The translations under genes were made by a program, and so were the position numbers. This document shows, piece by piece, positions 52,260-61,359 of a stretch of DNA of 64,000 bases. Source of the DNA: Candidatus Poribacteria bacterium (GTDB taxonomy: Bacteria; Poribacteria; WGA-4E; PCPOR2b); the NCBI GenBank assembly GCA_965208675.1, contig OZ242351.1, positions 512,001 through 576,000 on the forward strand. The letters are read 5' to 3'. The notes below the pieces were generated by a model that was given only the letters and a program-made list of their open reading frames with translations, was not told the DNA's origin and did not search any database. Position 1 is the stretch's first letter. Each line of letters starts with the position of its first letter.

Positions 52260-52339
52260 GTCATACTGACATTTCCCAAACACCTAATTCTTTTCATGTG
52301 CAGGAATGCAACGGGCTTGCACGCAGGTTGGTAATGATG

Positions 52340-54823
52340 TTACAAAACACTTATTGGATCGATATCGACGATTACATCTACATTTTTCGTCGTAACTGCA
52401 TGCGGAATCGCTCCAACGGCGCGTTTGGCGAAATCTCGGAGTGTTTCAACTTGTGCACTTCGCAGCAGGAAATGCCAGCGGAACTTCCCCATAATTTTTG
52501 AAAGCGGCGCAGCGACCGGACCACGAATTATAACGTCTGAGAATTCCTCTGTTTGCAACTTTTCTAAGCAGTGAAGTAGTCGCGATGCTACATGAATCAC
52601 TTCCTTTTCAACCGAGCCGCGGAGTAAAATAGTTGCCGCATGACTAAAAGGCGGGTAAAGGAGCTCCTCTCGATAACCGATTTCCTCTCGGTAAAAACGG
52701 TGGTAGTCGTGTTCCCGTGAGGCTTGAATACTGTAATGCTCGGGCATGTAAGTTTGAATAATGACCTCACCGCCTGCATGACTGCGCCCGGATCGACCGG
52801 CGACCTGTGCTAGCAAATTGAACGCTCGCTCGCCAGCACGGAAATCAGGCAGGTTGAGGGCGGTATCCGCGGAGATTACGCCAACAAGAGTTACATCGGG
52901 AAAATCTAAACCCTTCGCAATCATCTGCGTTCCTACAAGAATGTCAATTTCACCTGATCTGAAGGCGCCTAAGATTTTACGGTGCGCGTCTTTGTGCTTT
53001 GTCGAATCAGTGTCCATACGTTTGACGCTCGCCTGCGGAAACGCCTTAATAGCCTGCTCCTCGACTTGTTGGGTGCCAAGTCCAAAATACCGAAAGTAAA
53101 TGCTGCCGCATTGCGGGCAAACTTCAGGCGTTGGCTTTTCGTATCCGCAGTGATGGCATACCAACCGTTTGGAATGAAAATGAAATGTCAGCGAGATTGA
53201 ACAGTCCTTACACCGTTCGACGTGCCCGCAAGTTCGGCAAAAAACATGGGTTGAGTAACCGCGGCGATTCAGGAACAGTATCACCTGTTTCTGTTGCATG
53301 AGGCGTTTTTCAATTCCCGCCCAAAGATGAACTGAAAATATTGAGCGGTTGCCTTTTTCTAATTCTTCGCGCATGTCGACAATTTGGACGGACGGCATTT
53401 TAATATTCGAGACACGCGAAGGAAGGCTGAGCAGATGAAAATCACCCGCCTTTGCCCGATGGAAACACTCCAACGAGGGCGTGGCAGTACCCAAGATTAC
53501 AGGGCAATCTGCCAATTCTGATCTCTTTAGGGCAACATCGCGAGCGTGATACCGCGGCGCGGCGTCTGTCTGTTTGTAGGAGGTTTCGTGCTCTTCATCG
53601 ACAACAATCAGACCGAGATTGGGCATCGGAGCGAAAACTGCCGACCGCGGGCCCACTACAATGTCCGCATCCCCGGCTTTAATCCGCTGCCACTGATCGA
53701 ATCGTTCTCCGTCTGATAGGTTGCTATGCAGCACCGCTACTCGCTGCCCAAATCGCCCGACAATCCTAGAAACCGTTTGTGGCGTCAAGGCAATTTCTGG
53801 CACTAAGACAATCGTACCTTTTCTCCGCTTCAGGGCGACCGCAATCGATCGCATGTAAATTTCTGTCTTACCACTTCCAGTGACACCGTGTAGGAGAAAT
53901 GCCGTTTTACGATTTTGATTGATTGCCGTCTGGATCTCGCCGAACGCAATGGCTTGATCGGTGTTGAGCGTAATGACTTGCGTCGAGGGCAGCGCCTTTA
54001 AGCTGAGCGGATTTCGTACAGCTTTAACTCTTGTAATTCCAATTAGCCCTTTCCGTTCAAGCGCTCGCAAAGTCGGCAGGCTTGTATGAGTAAGTTTGAT
54101 GAGATCCGTTGCAGTCCAGTTCAAATTCTGCGAGTTGTGCCCTAGGGTAAGTATTAACTCCAATAGTTGAGCTTGTTTTGGCGCACGCTTAATTAATGCT
54201 GAAATCTGAGTCTCAATCTCGGCTATCGGCTTGGTTAATGTAATGACGAGTGTCGTCCGCGGTTTAGATTTAGCTTGAAAATCCGATTTGAGTTCAATCA
54301 ACCCCTTTTCGCGCAACTTGGAAATAACAGGTCTCAATTTTGCATATTCACGTCCAAGTCGGCGAGAGAGTTGGGTTGGAGACATTTCCCCATCCTGCCG
54401 TAAAATTGACAGGATTCGGCTTTGCAGCGGCATCCGCTTCTTCATCACGTCAATTTGTTCGTCAGTCGCTTGCAGATGAATGACGCGGCGTTGCTGTGTC
54501 CGTACTGCCGCCGGAATTGCAATCTTCAATGCCTCTCCCCATGACGACATGTAGTAATCGGCTATCCATTTTGTCAACGACAACAGTTCTTGCGAAAACG
54601 TCGGTGAGTCATCAAGGCAGTCAAGAAGGGGCTTGATTGCAATGGATGGATCGGGGAGAGCCGGTTGGTCAATCAACTCGATAACGACGCCTTCGCGAAC
54701 GCTGCGGCCTAACGCAGCAAGCACACGAGTTCCAGGCTGCACGACTCGAGTGAGGTGATTTGGGATAGCGTAGGAAAACCAGAGATCTTCTGGCAGCGGG
54801 AAAGCCACTTTAGCATATTTCAT
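52340..54823 (-). CDS. priA: Primosomal protein N' helicase
   Basis: GVTGSGKTE, LVPEIALTPQ, DEEHE, LNRRGY, four CxxC, GTQMIAKGLDF, QVAGRSGR, VDIDP. Confidence 0.97.
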   Translation of the reverse strand: MKYAKVAFPLPEDLWFSYAIPNHLTRVVQPGTRVLAALGRSVREGVVIELIDQPALPDPSIAIKPLLDCLDDSPTFSQELLSLTKWIADYYMSSWGEALKIAIPAAVRTQQRRVIHLQATDEQIDVMKKRMPLQSRILSILRQDGEMSPTQLSRRLGREYAKLRPVISKLREKGLIELKSDFQAKSKPRTTLVITLTKPIAEIETQISALIKRAPKQAQLLELILTLGHNSQNLNWTATDLIKLTHTSLPTLRALERKGLIGITRVKAVRNPLSLKALPSTQVITLNTDQAIAFGEIQTAINQNRKTAFLLHGVTGSGKTEIYMRSIAVALKRRKGTIVLVPEIALTPQTVSRIVGRFGQRVAVLHSNLSDGERFDQWQRIKAGDADIVVGPRSAVFAPMPNLGLIVVDEEHETSYKQTDAAPRYHARDVALKRSELADCPVILGTATPSLECFHRAKAGDFHLLSLPSRVSNIKMPSVQIVDMREELEKGNRSIFSVHLWAGIEKRLMQQKQVILFLNRRGYSTHVFCRTCGHVERCKDCSISLTFHFHSKRLVCHHCGYEKPTPEVCPQCGSIYFRYFGLGTQQVEEQAIKAFPQASVKRMDTDSTKHKDAHRKILGAFRSGEIDILVGTQMIAKGLDFPDVTLVGVISADTALNLPDFRAGERAFNLLAQVAGRSGRSHAGGEVIIQTYMPEHYSIQASREHDYHRFYREEIGYREELLYPPFSHAATILLRGSVEKEVIHVASRLLHCLEKLQTEEFSDVIIRGPVAAPLSKIMGKFRWHFLLRSAQVETLRDFAKRAVGAIPHAVTTKNVDVIVDIDPISVL

Positions 54824-55131
54824 AATGGTGGAATGTGGATTTTACGGCTAAACGCGTAGGGAGTTGAACTTTGGTAATTGCTTCCACACGCCATGTACGA
54901 TCATAGGGTAGCATGGTCAGCAATTCGCCCTGAAACGCAAAGAATATGGGGCTTTCGTGTAAAATGTTTTCGTCCTGCCGTTCCGCTATTACACATGCAC
55001 TCTACCATACTTCGAGGTGGAGAGCAACCTCAAATTAAACGAACTATGCCTGAGCGACGGTATCATTTTGCGTGCTAAGTCTGCTATATGAAGCACTGCC
55101 ACCGGTTACATCCTTCCCAACTGACAATCAA

Positions 55132-55160
55132 TTGACGGTCAAGACAGATCATGGTAAAAT
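55132..55160 (+). promoter_or_regulatory. Sigma70 promoter of comEC
   Basis: TTGACG-17bp-TAAAAT with extended TG. Confidence 0.65.
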
Positions 55161-55256
55161 ACGCCGAAATTGTTTGAAATAGAACCGATCAGCATTGGAA
55201 AAATCCAGACGGCTAACCGGAATCAATTTTCCTCGTAATTGCATCAACTACATTAG

Positions 55257-57668
55257 ATGCGCCGCCCCGCTCTTACCACAGTCATTCCATACTCATTAGG
55301 CATCCTTGCCGGCGAAATTCTGCCAATCCCAAGATTTTGGACTTGGCTGATAGTCCTGACATTTCTCATCGCTAGTTTCATCCTACATCAGCGGCTCAAG
55401 AATGCCTTTCGTATTGAAAGTTTAGATAGCACACGCCTTCAGCAAACCCTTCTTCTGTTCGCAATATTTGCCTGCGGCATACTTCGTGTGGGGATTGCTC
55501 TAACCTCTCCCTGTCCTTCGGAACTATACGATAAACCGGTGCGGTTTTCTGGACACCTGTCATATCAGCCTTACCGCGGTGACTTGTGGGACGCTGGCTA
55601 TGCAATCGGAACTATCCAATCTCTGTCCGATGCGGATTTAATGGCTAAGATGAAAATTTTAGTTCGATTTCATGAACCGGTAGCGTTGTGGTACGGCGAT
55701 CACGTTGAAGTTGAAGGCGTGTTGCGCCAACCAAAAGGAAGGCGAAATCCGGGCGGATTCGATTATCGGGCCTATCTCGCGCGTCGGCAAGTCTTTGGGA
55801 TTTTTTTTCCAAATCGCGGTCAAGAAATTTTGCCGACCCACCAAACCGGATTTCCTCCGCTGCGTTGGGCAGAACGCTTGCGTCGACATGTGGAAATTAC
55901 GATCAATCGGTTATATCGCGAGCAACCCGATCATATTCACATTCTCAAGGGAATGCTTTTGGGGAAGCGAGGCGAACTTCCCGCCTCTACATATGATGTT
56001 TTTCGTAACAGTGGTAGCCTACATATTCTTGCTGTGTCGGGGTTGCACGTTGGGTTGATAACCGCTCTCTGTTTTTTAGGTTTTTCTCTCTTCCAATTTC
56101 CCCGTAAAACAGTCTGCATTCTCACCATTGTCTCTATCATAATTTACGCCTGCTTGGTAGGATTTCGCCCGTCAGTGTTGCGAGCGTCATTTATGGCGAT
56201 TCTATTCCTCATCGCGCAGATTGTTGATCGAGATGCCGATCTCGCCAATTTGCTCGCGTTTGCCGCATTATTTCTGTTAATCATTAACCCTGCCCAATTG
56301 TGGAATATCGGTTTCCAACTTTCATTCGCTGCCGTGGCATGCATCATTTATCTCTTGCCCAAGTGGACCGCCTTTATTGCCCGTCATTTTACTGATGGAA
56401 ATAACCATGTTGAGCCTTCCATCTCAAAACTTGAAATAGCTTGGGGAAGCGGTTGGAAGCGAGCCGTTAAATGGTTGGTACTTGCGTTTGGTGTAACTCT
56501 GTCAGCCCAATTAGGTACATTTCTAATCATTGCACGGAGTTTTTGCCGTGCATATCCGCATGGATTGATTGCAGGGCCTTTCGTGGTTGGGCTTACCGCA
56601 CCAATCGTTACCATAACCGCAATTTCAATTATTCTCGGAATGCTGTGGCTTCCGCTTGCAACACCGTTCGTTTATGCCAACCACCTCATCCTCTTTATCT
56701 TCCTTAATATTGTCGAAATCTTCGGCCAACCTTGGGCGGGCGTTAAGATATCACCGCCCGGTTTGGGCTGGATTAGTGTCTACATTGTAGGATGCCTCGC
56801 AATAATACACTGGCGCAGCGTGCGAGAGCATTCAGAAAAAGCGCTGATAATTGGCGCTTCCGTGCTAGCTATCTGGATTTGGGATGCCGCGTTGAAAGAA
56901 GACGGAAACCTTTTAGAAATTACGTTTCTGGACGTCGGTCAGGGCGACGCCGCATTAATTCGATTCCCTGACGGCAAAACTATGCTAATTGATGGTGGCG
57001 CCAATCGGCGCGGTTTTGACAATGGTGAACGCGTCCTCGATCCGTTTTTGTGCCGCGAAGGTGCCTTCAGCCTGGATCTGCTCGTGTTGAGCCATCCGGA
57101 TAACGATCACGGCGGCGGACTAGTTCACATCCTGCGAAATTTCGATGTTAAACGTGTACTGGGTGTGCCGCATCGAGTGCTGCCGCCGCTGACTCACCGG
57201 TATCTGCATCAAATTGTCGATCAAAAAGGCATCCCGCATGATTTCGGTAATGCAGGGAAAATTCAACTGACATCGACCGGGCAGGTTGAGATATTGCATC
57301 CACGGGATGAAGCGTCAGTAAATCTCACGGATTCGGAAATCAACAACGATTCGCTCGTGCTTAAGATTACCTATGGGAATGTACGGACGCTTTTTACAGG
57401 CGACATAAAACAGGAAATTGAATTCGATTTAATCTCGGATGGTTACGATTTACGTGCGGATTTTTTCAAGGCGCCTCACCACGGCAGCGCATCGTCCAGC
57501 AGTTCCGAATTCCTCGCAGCCGCACGCCCACGGGCAGCCATTTTTTCGGTCGGCACCCGAAATCGATACGGATTTCCATCTGAAAAAGTTGTCAAGCGCT
57601 ATCAAGAATTGGGCTGCCGCATATTGCGCACAGATCAGCTCGGTGCAATCAACTTAAGAACCGATTGA
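55257..57668 (+). CDS. comEC: DNA uptake channel ComEC/Rec2 (final ~11 aa apparently cut off by TGA; frame continues to 57701)
   Basis: RNPGGFDY, HILAVSGLH, GFQLSF, LDVGQGD, SHPDNDH, PHHGS, RTD..GAI. Ends LRTD*RRCWIRHYAE*. Confidence 0.93.
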   Translation: MRRPALTTVIPYSLGILAGEILPIPRFWTWLIVLTFLIASFILHQRLKNAFRIESLDSTRLQQTLLLFAIFACGILRVGIALTSPCPSELYDKPVRFSGHLSYQPYRGDLWDAGYAIGTIQSLSDADLMAKMKILVRFHEPVALWYGDHVEVEGVLRQPKGRRNPGGFDYRAYLARRQVFGIFFPNRGQEILPTHQTGFPPLRWAERLRRHVEITINRLYREQPDHIHILKGMLLGKRGELPASTYDVFRNSGSLHILAVSGLHVGLITALCFLGFSLFQFPRKTVCILTIVSIIIYACLVGFRPSVLRASFMAILFLIAQIVDRDADLANLLAFAALFLLIINPAQLWNIGFQLSFAAVACIIYLLPKWTAFIARHFTDGNNHVEPSISKLEIAWGSGWKRAVKWLVLAFGVTLSAQLGTFLIIARSFCRAYPHGLIAGPFVVGLTAPIVTITAISIILGMLWLPLATPFVYANHLILFIFLNIVEIFGQPWAGVKISPPGLGWISVYIVGCLAIIHWRSVREHSEKALIIGASVLAIWIWDAALKEDGNLLEITFLDVGQGDAALIRFPDGKTMLIDGGANRRGFDNGERVLDPFLCREGAFSLDLLVLSHPDNDHGGGLVHILRNFDVKRVLGVPHRVLPPLTHRYLHQIVDQKGIPHDFGNAGKIQLTSTGQVEILHPRDEASVNLTDSEINNDSLVLKITYGNVRTLFTGDIKQEIEFDLISDGYDLRADFFKAPHHGSASSSSSEFLAAARPRAAIFSVGTRNRYGFPSEKVVKRYQELGCRILRTDQLGAINLRTD

Positions 57669-57810
57669 CGTCGGTGCTGGATTAGGCATTACGCAGAATG
57701 ATAGCCGATTTCAGGTAAATGGTTTAGCCTAGATTGCTCAATCATCCGATGGGATTCAACCGCCTTCTGTCTGATGGAAATGTGCAAGATTGGTACTTCA
57801 CTTTTTCCTT

Positions 57811-57839
57811 TTGACATAAAAACCCAGCAGTGATACACT
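57811..57839 (+). promoter_or_regulatory. Sigma70 promoter of nnr
   Basis: TTGACA-17bp-TACACT with extended TG. Confidence 0.75.
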
Positions 57840-57965
57840 CTATCTTGAGAATAGCTGAGAGAAAAAGCGTAGATTCCACTGATTGTTCACCAAACCCGAT
57901 GACAATCTCTGGATAACGCTCTATACTACAACGGCCGTGGTTGACGATATCGGTTGAGAGTGAAC

Positions 57966-59531
57966 ATGAAAGTCGTTACCGCAAACGAGATGCGTCAGAT
58001 TGACGAACAGACGATTCACGGTATCGGGATTCCCGGTATTGTGCTCATGGAAAATGCCGGCGGAGCGGTCGTCGCCGCAATTCAAAAGCACTTCTCAGAA
58101 TGTCGGCGTGTCGCCGTTGTGGTAGGAAAGGGAAATAATGGCGGAGATGGGTTGGTTGTTGCCAGAAAACTTGCGCTTACGGGTCTGTCCGTTCAGGTTA
58201 TTCTCGTTTCTCCATCCAATGAATTCACGGGCGATGCCTTAATCAATTTACAAATTGCCCAGAATCTCAATCTCCCCATTTCGCAAGTGCTTTCTCAACC
58301 TGAACTCGATCTATTGCAACCCCAGATATCGGAGTACGATTTAATAGTCGATGCAATTCTTGGTACGGGACTGCGGGGCGCGGTTCGTGGATTTGTTGCT
58401 AGCGTCATTACGTGTATTAACGAAAGCGGTGCTCCGATTGTCGCCATCGATCTCCCCTCTGGTCTACAAGCGGATACAGGTGCAATAGAGGGCGCGTGTA
58501 TCGAAGCTTCCTATACCGTCACAATTGGACTGCCCAAGCGTGGCTTGCTGATTCATCCGGGCGCGGACACGACCGGAAAACTGGAAATCGCCGATATAGG
58601 GTTCCCACGAAACGTTGTCGAATCGTTAAAGGTTCGGGTGAATTTTACTCAGTCGGACGATGCCTCTAAATTAATTCCGCCTCGCTACTGCCATTCACAC
58701 AAAGGCACGTATGGGCGTGTTTTTGTGGCGGCAGGATCTGCCGGCATGACCGGTGCCGCAACTTTAACCAGCCAAGCTGCATACCGTGTTGGTGCTGGCT
58801 TGGTAACTGTCGGCATCCCCAAAAGCCTCAACCCGATTTTAGAAGCTAAACTGACCGAGGTGATGACGCTGCCGTTGTGCGAGGCGGATGCGCAAACCTT
58901 GGCGCTAGATGCAGGTTCGAAAATTCTCGAATTTGTCGAAAGGACGGAATCTATTCTAGCGATTGGTCCTGGACTCTCACAACATCCAGAAACAGTTGCC
59001 CTCGTTCACAACCTAATCCGCGAATGCGAACGTCCAATCGTCATTGACGCCGACGCGTTGAATGCACTCGCAAAATCGACGAAGCTACTCTCATATTTAC
59101 CGCCCCAAACCGTGCTGACCCCGCATCCCGGTGAAATGGCACGGCTCATTGGCGGGACAGTCTTCGAAGTTGAAGGAGATCGAATCGGCATTGCACAGCG
59201 GTTTGCGCGGGAACATGATGTCACACTTGTTCTTAAAGGAGCTCCCACGGTCGTTGCAAGCGGCAACGGCCGTGTGTGGATTAACTCAACGGGCAATTCT
59301 GGTATGGCGACTGGGGGTATGGGTGACGTACTGACGGGAGTAATTGCTGGATTCATGGCTCAGAAATCATCAAGTCTTGATGCTGCAATACTAGGTGTAT
59401 ACCTCCACGGACTAGCAGCGGACATCACCGCGGAAACAATTGGAGTGCATGGATTGATGGCGGGAGATGTGTTGGACGCACTTCCTAATGCAATTCATTC
59501 GTGCGGTGGTAGTAGATTGGGCATGCCGTGA
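57966..59531 (+). CDS. nnr: Bifunctional NAD(P)HX epimerase/dehydratase
   Basis: LMENAG, GKGNNGGDG, IDLPSG, HKGTYG, IDADALN, TPHPGE, ATGGMGDVL. Confidence 0.95.
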   Translation: MKVVTANEMRQIDEQTIHGIGIPGIVLMENAGGAVVAAIQKHFSECRRVAVVVGKGNNGGDGLVVARKLALTGLSVQVILVSPSNEFTGDALINLQIAQNLNLPISQVLSQPELDLLQPQISEYDLIVDAILGTGLRGAVRGFVASVITCINESGAPIVAIDLPSGLQADTGAIEGACIEASYTVTIGLPKRGLLIHPGADTTGKLEIADIGFPRNVVESLKVRVNFTQSDDASKLIPPRYCHSHKGTYGRVFVAAGSAGMTGAATLTSQAAYRVGAGLVTVGIPKSLNPILEAKLTEVMTLPLCEADAQTLALDAGSKILEFVERTESILAIGPGLSQHPETVALVHNLIRECERPIVIDADALNALAKSTKLLSYLPPQTVLTPHPGEMARLIGGTVFEVEGDRIGIAQRFAREHDVTLVLKGAPTVVASGNGRVWINSTGNSGMATGGMGDVLTGVIAGFMAQKSSSLDAAILGVYLHGLAADITAETIGVHGLMAGDVLDALPNAIHSCGGSRLGMP

Positions 59532-59762
59532 AGACACTCATTCAACCTGCCAGCATTTCAATTACATCAGCTAATCCATGGATAAATTGAAACTCAAACA
59601 CTCAATTTGACGTGCTGTTTATTAAAGTGTTGGGTTTCACTGGCATTACGAAATTTCCAAGTAGAAATAAACCTTGAGTTTCCGTTGTAATGCTGAGCGT
59701 CTTTGATTTGTTATGTCAACTCCGCCTATTGAACTTTTTGAACAAGATATTAGGAGAATCAG

Positions 59763-60545
59763 ATGCATCTCAAGTTAACCGGAAAAGTTGCTGTCATCAC
59801 GGGTGGCAGTGAAGGTACAGGATACGCCATTGCGATGCGGCTTTCTGAGTGCGGCGCAAAAGTTGCAATCTGTGCACGGCGCGAAGCTGTCCTGAAGCAG
59901 GCAGCACAGGACATTCAAGCTAAGACTGGGAACGATGTGCTCGCCATTTCCGCCGATGTGACAATACCGGAAGCGCTGGAGGGATTTGTTCAAGGCATCG
60001 TTGACAACTTCGGGCGAATCGATATTCTAATCAACAACGCCGGACGGGCGACGGGAGCACCCTTTGAAAAGGTTACAGATGAGGATTGGTACGAAGATTT
60101 AAATCTTAAGCTGATGGCGGCTGTGCGTTGCTCTCGGCTGGTTATCCCTCATTTGAGAGCCGCTGGCGGCGGTCGCATAATTAACATTACACACCCCGGC
60201 GGAAAACAGCCCGGCGCTGGCACCTGTCCGACCTCGGTCAGCCGTGCAGCGGGAATCGCTTTGACTAAAGCCCTCTCTAAGGATTTACTGCGTGACAAAA
60301 TTCTGGTCAATACGGTCTGTTTGACCTCCATTAAGACAGCGCAAGGTGTTCGCGGCTGGCGAGCGCAAGGATCGCCGGGCACCCTTGAGGAATACTGGAG
60401 TCAGCAGGGAAAGAATCATCCGCTTGGGCGTCTCGGAGAAGCCGCTGAGGTTGCGGATTTGGTCGCCTTCCTCGTTTCGGATAGCGCGGAATTCATTACC
60501 GGAACGGCAATCAACATTGATGGCGGCCTATCGGCGGTAGTCTGA
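59763..60545 (+). CDS. Short-chain dehydrogenase/reductase (atypical: YxxxK replaced by TSVSR)
   Basis: TGGSEGTG, NNAG, PLGRLG, IDGG. AGGAG RBS. Confidence 0.88.
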   Translation: MHLKLTGKVAVITGGSEGTGYAIAMRLSECGAKVAICARREAVLKQAAQDIQAKTGNDVLAISADVTIPEALEGFVQGIVDNFGRIDILINNAGRATGAPFEKVTDEDWYEDLNLKLMAAVRCSRLVIPHLRAAGGGRIINITHPGGKQPGAGTCPTSVSRAAGIALTKALSKDLLRDKILVNTVCLTSIKTAQGVRGWRAQGSPGTLEEYWSQQGKNHPLGRLGEAAEVADLVAFLVSDSAEFITGTAINIDGGLSAVV

Positions 60546-60754
60546 TAGCGGTTTGACCAAAACTGTGCTGTTAAAATTATCACAATACTCTCATTTTTGT
60601 TGAATGGAATAATGCCAATACCGATGATCCGGCAATCCGAGTCAGGTCATCGTTGCTCTGCAAACATGACCTTCAATCATTCGTTGAAGATTCCTAAAAC
60701 GCGCGGACGTGAATAGTCCCAAATCTAAACCTGGCTTTAGAAGGGGGTGAGTAA

Positions 60755-61297
60755 ATGACTTTAGGGGAGGTTTTTGATTTATCTCAGGATATTGAATTGA
60801 GGCACGCGAAATTATATGCGTCGCTCTCTCTTATGCTGGGCGATGTCGATGAGCGTGTCGCACGATTTTGGCAAAATATGAGCGCGGAGGAGTGGCAACA
60901 CTATATTCTCATTGATTTCGGGCGATCATTGTGTGCCCGCGCGTTTGGACTAGATGCGCCGGCGACAGGATTGCCTGAGACCTCTATCCAAAAAATCGTT
61001 CAGGCGTTAGATGAGCACGAGCGTCGAGTGAACGAAAAGCCCATTACCCTCAATGAAGCGTTTGAAATTGCCATCGCAATTGAAGGAAGTGAAGCGGACA
61101 CAATTTATATGGATCTGCTGGATACGATAAAAAGAGCAATCTATAAGGGAAATCAAACCTACCTTCTAAGCCGAGTCACACAAATTGAAAAAGATGTGCT
61201 GGCTCACGTCGATCGTCTGATTGATGCAACCAAAAGTTTCGCGAAAGATCCTGATCTCGTTCGGAAAGCACACATCCTGAAAGATCGCCATCATTGA
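60755..61297 (+). CDS. Ferritin-like/rubrerythrin-family protein
   Basis: DIE...LY, EEWQH, AIAIEGSE, late His: four-helix di-iron pattern. Confidence 0.7.
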   Translation: MTLGEVFDLSQDIELRHAKLYASLSLMLGDVDERVARFWQNMSAEEWQHYILIDFGRSLCARAFGLDAPATGLPETSIQKIVQALDEHERRVNEKPITLNEAFEIAIAIEGSEADTIYMDLLDTIKRAIYKGNQTYLLSRVTQIEKDVLAHVDRLIDATKSFAKDPDLVRKAHILKDRHH

Positions 61298-61359
61298 TGC
61301 GTAGGAACGACGCGGTGTCGACTTAGTAACGCTGATACGGTTATTTTGAGTGCAATGAC

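Noticed and set aside
17341-57701. Genome-wide stop-codon reassignment (TGA=Trp/Gly or TAG=Pyl/Gln)
   Set aside because: TAG ends rhaI, trpD, thrB and the aminotransferase, and TGA ends groEL, lexA and the SDRs, at their expected C-termini. The four internal stops imply different amino acids.
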